Shown here piece after piece: positions 54,068 to 61,143 of a stretch of 61,143 bases of DNA. The notes below the pieces were generated by a model that saw nothing but the letters and a program-made list of their open reading frames with translations, had not been told where the DNA came from and made no database searches. The stretch is taken from the NCBI GenBank assembly GCA_021432655.1, contig MU271459.1, positions 1 to 61,143 on the forward strand, written 5' to 3'. Each line of letters starts with the position of its first letter. Position 1 is the first letter of the stretch. Position numbers and translations under genes: made by a program. The stretch is from Atractiella rhizophila (lineage: Eukaryota).

Positions 54068-56255
54068 CGCTGCGGCTGCCACTCGCGTGAGTGGTGTGGA
54101 GCTGTATGGGTGAAGAGGGAGAGAGGGAGAGTGTGAGAGTGAAGGAGTTGGAAATTTTGACTGAATGCGGGAACTCGGTGCGGCTTCGGAGGATGCCGAC
54201 CGGGAAGGAATGAATAGAATGGTGTGTCTACGGACTCAGCCCTGTTTGTTTGTGGTTCATTGGCGTTGGTATCCTCCCGGTGTGGTAGTACGGTGACAAT
54301 GCAGAGGATGTCGAGGGGGTAGTTGACTTAGGTGGGAATGCTAACTGAGAACTGGGAATGGCAACTGATAGAGGAGACATTGGTAAAGAGCGAGAACTAT
54401 CAGGACACGGTGTGTCTTTGAACTACTCTGAAGAGAGGAATTTGGAGACTCGAGATTGCTTTTCTTCACATGCCATGATACAACAATGTGGGAATGGCAC
54501 AATGTAAAGGGTTGGGGGTTGGGTTGGAAGAAGGCAGTCCCCTGCGGAGCAATCAAACCCACAGAAATTGCTCCACGTATCAATTAAAGACATTACACTG
54601 CATAGAGAAGACTTGGAGCGTCCCCGAACAAAATGCAGACTCGGATACATTTGCCTTCTTGCCACCAGTGGCGGTTCTGGTCCCGAAGTCATGGGATAAA
54701 TTCCAAGCAGAAAGTGTATCACTCGAGCTGTTCGATTTTTCAAAGAAAAAAGTAGATTGCGTGATATTTATGTTCGAACTCTGTTGAAGGTGTCCTACCT
54801 TCAACCATCACCAGGCCAACATTATGTTAGGCCATGTAGCACAATACCTTTTCTGCCTGACAATATTTTTTCGCTGTCATTGCAAAGCAATGACCATATT
54901 ATGGCCTGAAGCTCTGGTTTTTCCTTCAATGACAGTCTCTGTGTGTGTGGGTTGATAGAAATTGTGACGTAGCACATTTTCCAGACAACATAGTTTGCCA
55001 CCTATTGCCACACTGACGATACAAACCACAAAGCACCCCTACCAAATTTCTTTCCCAAGAAAAGAAAAGAACAGAAATCACTCAGAAAAGGAGGAAGACG
55101 GTTTCCTGAACATTTGAAAGAAAAGCGAGAGACCTCGGTCTCAAGAAGCTGCGTGGCAGTGTAGAGTAATTACATGAAGGGAACGGAGTTGCGAAAAGTC
55201 TTCTTCGTCCGGAATTGCGACTCGTGTGGGATGTAGATGTGGATAGATGGGGTTACGATTCGGTTCGCTTGATTGTCTGCGTCAACTGGAACTCACACGG
55301 CACGCGAGAGTGATGCGTGATATGTGTGTGTGGAGGTGCAGGAGCCGTTCCCGCCGTGTCTGCCTTGTCATGTTTATGCAGCGGGTTCTTACGGCGCAGT
55401 TGACGACCTGAAAGCATCACATTCAAATGTTTTGACCCTGTCCTCCAAGTGGTATCAGCGAGCGTGGAACTTTTCGTAAAAGAGAGTCGGCATGGTGGTT
55501 CATTATCAGCGAAAACAGCCTGCTCTTCAAAATCAAAACTAGCTCAAAGCGAATTAGTGTCTTGAGGACATGCATCCCGTATTCTGAATGAGACTCGCCG
55601 GGCCGTTGAGGGAAAGAACCGTGACGGAGATGCGTTCGTCTCCTCTCGGAATTGCGTCTCTGGCTGGCGTTACGAGAGAGCATGCGCATCTGAGGACGAA
55701 ACGAACTAAACCAAGGTCAGGATCTGGTTCATTCTAGGTCAGATGCATTCGTAACGTGAAGGTCCATGGTTTCTCCTTCAGGAATCAATTCTCCACAATC
55801 GTTTGCACCTTGCTTTTACTCTCATAATTCACCCGAGAGCAATTGGGTATGCTGCACGGAGTAATTGGGTTCTTTCAGGTCCCTTCAAAGGTCGCCGACC
55901 ATTCACTCGAGCTCATGTTGGAGCCCAAACGGGGTCGTGCTTTAGATATTGGCGGCTTTAGCCTCGCGATATGCGATGCCACTATGTTCGTATCGTGTGC
56001 ATCATTCATGGTACAAAAGTCCTCTTGCTCCTCAAGTCTACATATATAAGGAACCATGGGCTCTTTCGAGGCTAACGTCTTCGTTCGACCTTCTGACCTG
56101 GAAACACTCGCACGTCCTTTGAGGTCAACCGTCGGAATCCGCTGTGTTGACCTTTTCTCAAAGTTTCTACCCTCTCGCAGTGTGATCTGGTAAACATTCT
56201 AGCCTTATTGCCAAGGTCCATAAACCCACCTCGTTTGATCGACACTCCTAAGTCG

Positions 56256-56971
56256 ATGGCTCAACAGACTCTTCCATTACCTGCCGTTGGTGCGATCAGA
56301 GAGAATGATCGTGCATTAGGTGTGATTTTACATCGTTCGCATCGATGACGTTGTGACCACATTGCAGGAGAATGGTTCGAGGCACTCGTACCAGATTTTT
56401 TCCCAAATACGACAAACTGGGAAGCGGTGGTCCAAGAATATTTCGATGACAATGTTTCTGGACGGTTCAACGATCAAGTATTGAGGGGCAAATCGCAGTT
56501 CCAAGTTCGTGACCACGTCCCTTTGGTTCACATCGAATGTTGAGCCCCTTGGTCCTTCAGGCACTTTGGCGGTCAATCAATGCACTCATCACGAAGAGCG
56601 ATTGGGATAGCTATACCGTTCAACCAACCACAATAGCCGCCATTGCATTTGACGCCCAAGGGTACGTTAACCGTTAACCCGTGCCCGTGTCCGTTTTAGG
56701 AGGCTGGTCTCAATTTGTGGTCTTCAGGAATAGTGGAATAGTAGTAGCAGGCGGATTCATGCGAGGAATAGCGCGAGATGGAACAGTTTACGACTCTGGG
56801 CGAGTGGGATCGTACGTTCGGATAGCGTACAACGAAAAGTTGGGACGTCGGCAGATCGTAGAATATAATGAAGCGTGAGTCCCTTTCATTTGGACTCTCT
56901 AATGGGTTGAGGCTGATGTGCAACTCAGAACCAATGGTTCGTGCTTCATGTTTCTACGAGGTCGCTTGTAA
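56256..56971 (+). CDS. Small multi-exon hypothetical protein, possibly NTF2/SnoaL-like fold
   Basis: Spliced read MAQQTLPLPAVEWFEALVPDFFPNTTNWEAVVQEYFDDNVSGRFNDQVLRGKSQFQ..GIVVAGGFMRGIARDG..RRQIVEYNE with GT-AG introns; 3' end uncertain. Confidence 0.55.
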
Positions 56972-57511
56972 CGAGTATGTAGGAGCAAATTTCCCTTTGT
57001 ACCCTTGGCATATGAAACGAGATATACGAAACTAGCTGAATTGTGCCATTGCTCCTTAGGAAGCAGTACTTTTTGAGTGTATAAAGAGACCTGTGAACTT
57101 GGCTACGTCATCCCTCGAATGGAGGGAATGAAAACCGTCCAATTCGGAGTCAAAAGTCACAAACCAGTTGCTCACGGTTGTGAGCAGGACACAGACTCAT
57201 CTAGAGCGTTCCCAACGGTGAGAAAATTGAAGTCGATTGGTTGTATGGTGGCTTCGAATTCACCAGCGCTAATTCTGGTGTAATTCTTTTCCGCGATAAA
57301 CAGTTGAGGTATGTATACGACTTCCTATTTGAGCTCTTTATTTGTTGAAAGCACGTACTTGCCCAATTCTTAGGTAGTTCACGCCCAAACTTGCGCGAGT
57401 ATTCCGGCGCTGTGGTGAGAAGGCTAGACTGCGATACCCTAAGGGATTTGCATGTCGAACTCTGACGCGTCGTTGCCTTCGTCGTCTCGTCCCTGAACAC
57501 CACAGTCCAAC

Positions 57512-58571
57512 ATGAGCAGCCGTTCCTCTTACGATCGCTATCTGACAGTATTCTCTCCGGAAGGGCGTCTTTACCAAGTCGGTGCGTCAAAGTTGCATGT
57601 CCTAGTCTGCTCCATTGCTGAGAAACGTCTCATTAGAATATGCCTTCAAGGCTATCTCTGGTTCTGGGCAGACGGCTGTAGCTGTGCGAGGGGAGGACAG
57701 TTGTGTCGTTATTACCCAGAAGAAAGTCCCTGTATGCCTTCCTCCGTCAAATGATCTTTGTTGAAGATCAAGAATAGGACAAACTTCTCGACCCGGACAC
57801 GGTCACGCATATCTTTAACCTCACACCTACCATTGGCTGTGTGATGACTGGACTTATAGGCATGTCCCTGATATCTTTAACATGTTCCTTAGACTGACGA
57901 ACTTGGGATTGCAGCGGATGCGCGCTCACAGGTCCAACGAGCCCAATCGGAAGCGGCTGAGTTCAGATACAAGTATGGTTATGAGATCACGCCTGATCTT
58001 CTAGCGAAGAGGTTGGCCAACATTAATCAAGTCTATACTCAACGAGCAGCCATGCGACCCTTGGGCATCTGTTAGTCCGCCTCTACTCTTATGAGCCTCT
58101 AATTGATGCATTGCCTTGACACCTAGCAATGATTCTCATCGGTATTGACGAAGAGCGAGGCCCACAGTGCTTCAAGATCGATCCTGCTGGATACTTCGTA
58201 GGATTCAAGGCTACATCAAGTGGAGCGAAGCAGCAGGAGAGCATGAATCACCTTGAAAAGCAGATCAAGAAGGATGTGCCTTTGAAAACTCTCGAGAATG
58301 TCGTCGAGGTTCGTTTCTTACAATCTTGCTCGGCAGACATTTATGACATAAGTGGATGGTGTAGCTCGCCATCACAACCATGGCTACTGTTCTCTCAACT
58401 GACTTCAAAAAGGGGGAAATTGAGCTTGGGATCGTGACCTCGAAGGAGCCGCGCTTCCGGAAGGTTCGTACAATGTTGGCCGTTCACCGTCGTTTGAGGA
58501 CTAATGATTTGTCCTAGTTGACGGAGGATGAAATTGATGGTTATCTACAAAGGCTAGGCGAGAAAGATTAG
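57512..58571 (+). CDS. SCL1: 20S proteasome subunit alpha1 (PSMA6-like); multi-exon
   Basis: [77 protein letters not shown]. Confidence 0.95.
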
Positions 58572-58875
58572 TTGTGTCCGTGCAATGCAAACGAGTTCCC
58601 CATGACGAGCTATCGCAAACAAATCCATTTCACCATGTCGAGCATGCTAAAGGGTTCATGAACCCTACTGGTCCTTGAACGCAAAGTAACCACAGGAGGA
58701 ATCATTAGAACGGCAGAGGCACGATCGAAGGCGACAAACTACACGAGAGCACACTGATTACTGCAAGCTGTGTTGGGAGCAACACGCATGGTACATAGCG
58801 AGAAGGGAACAAAGAAGGCATAGGGGAAAGAAGTACAAAGAGCTCAATGGAGCGAAAGTGAGCGGAAAGAATCCA

Positions 58876-61056
58876 TCAGGTCTTTCTCCTAGTGGGGACC
58901 TTTGCAGCCGCGTCAGTCTTCGAACCCGCCGTCTTCCTTGTCGTTCTCCTCAAGGGCGGGGTGGGATCCGTTGTTTTCTTCGTGTTGTTCTTCGTGCGTC
59001 TCTTGGGCTGGGGTGTAATGACGTCTTCACTGACCTCCATGTCCTCCGCTTTCCTCTTTCCACTCGAACTAGGCGGTACTTGGAGCTCCATCCTATCCAT
59101 GAGCGTTCTCAAACCTGCACTTTCAGGACCAGGATTTGGAGGGGCCACAGGGAAGTGGTTAAGAGCAAACTTGAGGGAGCTAGAGGCCGACTTCATCTCG
59201 ACATTTGAATCTTCAGGTTGATTGGGAACTGGGAGTTGATCTTCAGTTATCGGCGGAGAAAGCGCCGAGGGAGATCCATTGGTTTGTGGAGAGAGTTGGA
59301 AGCTCTTCGCCGCAGTGTAAGAGGGATTGGGAGCAAGCGATTCCATTATCCATCCTTCGGAGAAGGATGGCTCCGCCCGAACGGTTCTCAACACCCGAAG
59401 GTTCGCATCGTCCCGGATCCATGGGTGTTGACAAGCTTCCGTGACGCTCATCCGCTCCTGGACCTTTTGTCTGCATAGCTGACGGAGGAAATCTTGACCT
59501 GTACATCACTTTCAACACCACATAATGGTTTATTGTGAAGAAGTGTCCTACATTCAGCTGAAGTCCCCTGTGGCAGATAGTTCCAGTTGGGAACACGAGC
59601 TTCAAGACGGGTGGCAAGAGGGAGTTCTGAATTTTCGGGTTCAAACGGAAGGGCGTTGATCATGCATGAAAAGATGACGAGACCCATAGCCCACGCATCA
59701 CATTTGTCGGTATACGGGCCAAACTCTTTTACGATGACCTCTGGGGCCAACCTGTACACTCCCATCACCAACAGCGAATGCAACAGGAAGGAGTGGCGTA
59801 CCAAGTAGGCGTTCCGCAAGTTGTCCTCAGCTCACTTCCTTCTTGTACCATCTTCGCCAATCCAAAATCTGCAATCTTCACGACAGGGCTCGCCCCATGA
59901 GTGATGAGAATATTATCTGGTTTGAGATCCCGATGGACGATCTTCTTCGCGTGAAACGCGGCGATAGCAGGGAAGAGCATTTTGGCAATCTTCCTGGCGT
60001 CTTCCTCCGATAAACCTCCACGTTTTGAGACGTAATTGAGAAGGTCTCCACCATCCACGTATTCAAGGACAAGACAGAGATCGTTTTCGTCCTCAAAACA
60101 TTCGATCAGCCTGACAACGTTCGGATGGTTGATCTCGTTTTGAATCATCATCTCTTTCTCAAACATTCCCTTGTTTGCTTCAGACCTCAATCTCGACTTC
60201 TGAATGTGCTTCACGGCTCGTGCAGTACTCGTTCCTCGCTCGATCACGCGAGACACCTTCGCAAAAGCTCCCCTGTTATAATCAGCCTCAATACCGGACG
60301 ACGTGGCTAGATAAGAATGCAGACATTCCGAGGGCTTCAACGAAGTCATACTTCCTCCAAATACCCCCGCAGAATGACAAAGGATCTTGAGGGAGCTGTT
60401 TGCTCGGGTCTTGCCAATAAAAACCTACATTATCACAAATTCTCAATATCTTGTAATGGCAAGAAGGAAGAAGTTTACCAATTCCAGTATCCGAATGGCT
60501 TCCGAGTTTAATCTACAGAGTCATAAGGAGAGACTGGCATGCAGCGACAGTACTCACAATATCCCCGTGCTTGAGTACTGTAAGTATCCCCTTCCCAACC
60601 TTCTTCCCCCTCACATACGTTCCATTCGTCGACGTATCCTTCAGCCAAATGTCTCGGAGGTTGTGGTCCCTCCAAATCTCGCAATGATGGTTAGATATTG
60701 TCTTCGCGTCCAAACAGACGTTATTCCTCCTAGCTCTTCCGATGGTGATACTCGTTCCCGGAGGCATGGCGAAAGGGATGCGGTTGATGCAAAGAGAAGG
60801 GCTCGTGGGGACCATCCTATCCACATCGAGGCACAGCGTGAGCAACGGTGGTTGAAGAAAGGGAGATTATGGCGCACACTCCCCAGCACCCTATCAGCGT
60901 ATTGCGTTGTCAGCTTCTGTCGCGTCAAGGAAGGAAGACAAGGTCACACAGACCTGGAGGCAAAGGATTCGCATACGGGTCCACAATCATATCATCATCC
61001 CTCTGGGTCGCTGGTTGAGTCGCCTCATAGTCTTCCTGTGTCATAGGTATCTCCAT
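58876..61056 (-). CDS. CHK2/Cds1/Rad53-like checkpoint kinase (TQ cluster, FHA, kinase); multi-exon
   Basis: N-terminal MTQEDYEATQPATQ; FHA IGR..ISNHHC..DTSTNGTYV; kinase GAFAKV, HRDLKPDNIL, DFGLAK, TTCGTP, YLAPE. Confidence 0.88.
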
Positions 61057-61143
61057 GATCTAGTCGTTTTTACTGGGTTGTGTAGAGGGAATCAATGGGC
61101 TCTACGCGTTTGAAGCTCGAGTTGGTGGTGCCAGTGTTTCTGA

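Noticed and set aside
54100..56200. Assorted short ORFs
   Set aside because: No recognisable domain or consistent splice structure; treated as intergenic or relic.

Overview
This is eukaryotic fungal DNA. It is intron-rich with mostly ~50-nt GT-AG introns and compact head-to-head gene pairs, and most likely comes from a basidiomycete (inference). The left ~17.4 kb is subtelomeric or accessory: a TCTCGCGAG-rich repeat element with a conserved hairpin/TAGTAGTAG terminus (3 copies), a Zn2Cys6-like ORF, a 435-N gap followed by a (TAACCC)n telomere tract, 68-bp telomere-adjacent repeats, two arrays of a ~161-bp satellite, a patatin-NB-ARC-TPR NLR-type gene whose patatin lacks the DGG catalytic motif, and a DNA-transposon-like end next to an SMC5 gene that stops after ~330 codons. 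The right ~43 kb is housekeeping: GCN2, BUD6/AIP3, TMA16, a small conserved fungal protein, a GPI-like Thr-rich protein, an MFS transporter, PP1/GLC7, a 2OG-Fe(II) oxygenase, PWP2, RPS18, an MTF1-like methyltransferase-fold protein, a GT90 glycosyltransferase, a small NTF2/SnoaL-like protein, proteasome alpha1 and a CHK2/Rad53-like kinase. Two candidate intronic snoRNAs were noticed. Five tandem duplications and two frameshifts share a single extra + strand A, which points to assembly artefacts. Exon boundaries were read by eye and CDS coordinates are gene spans.
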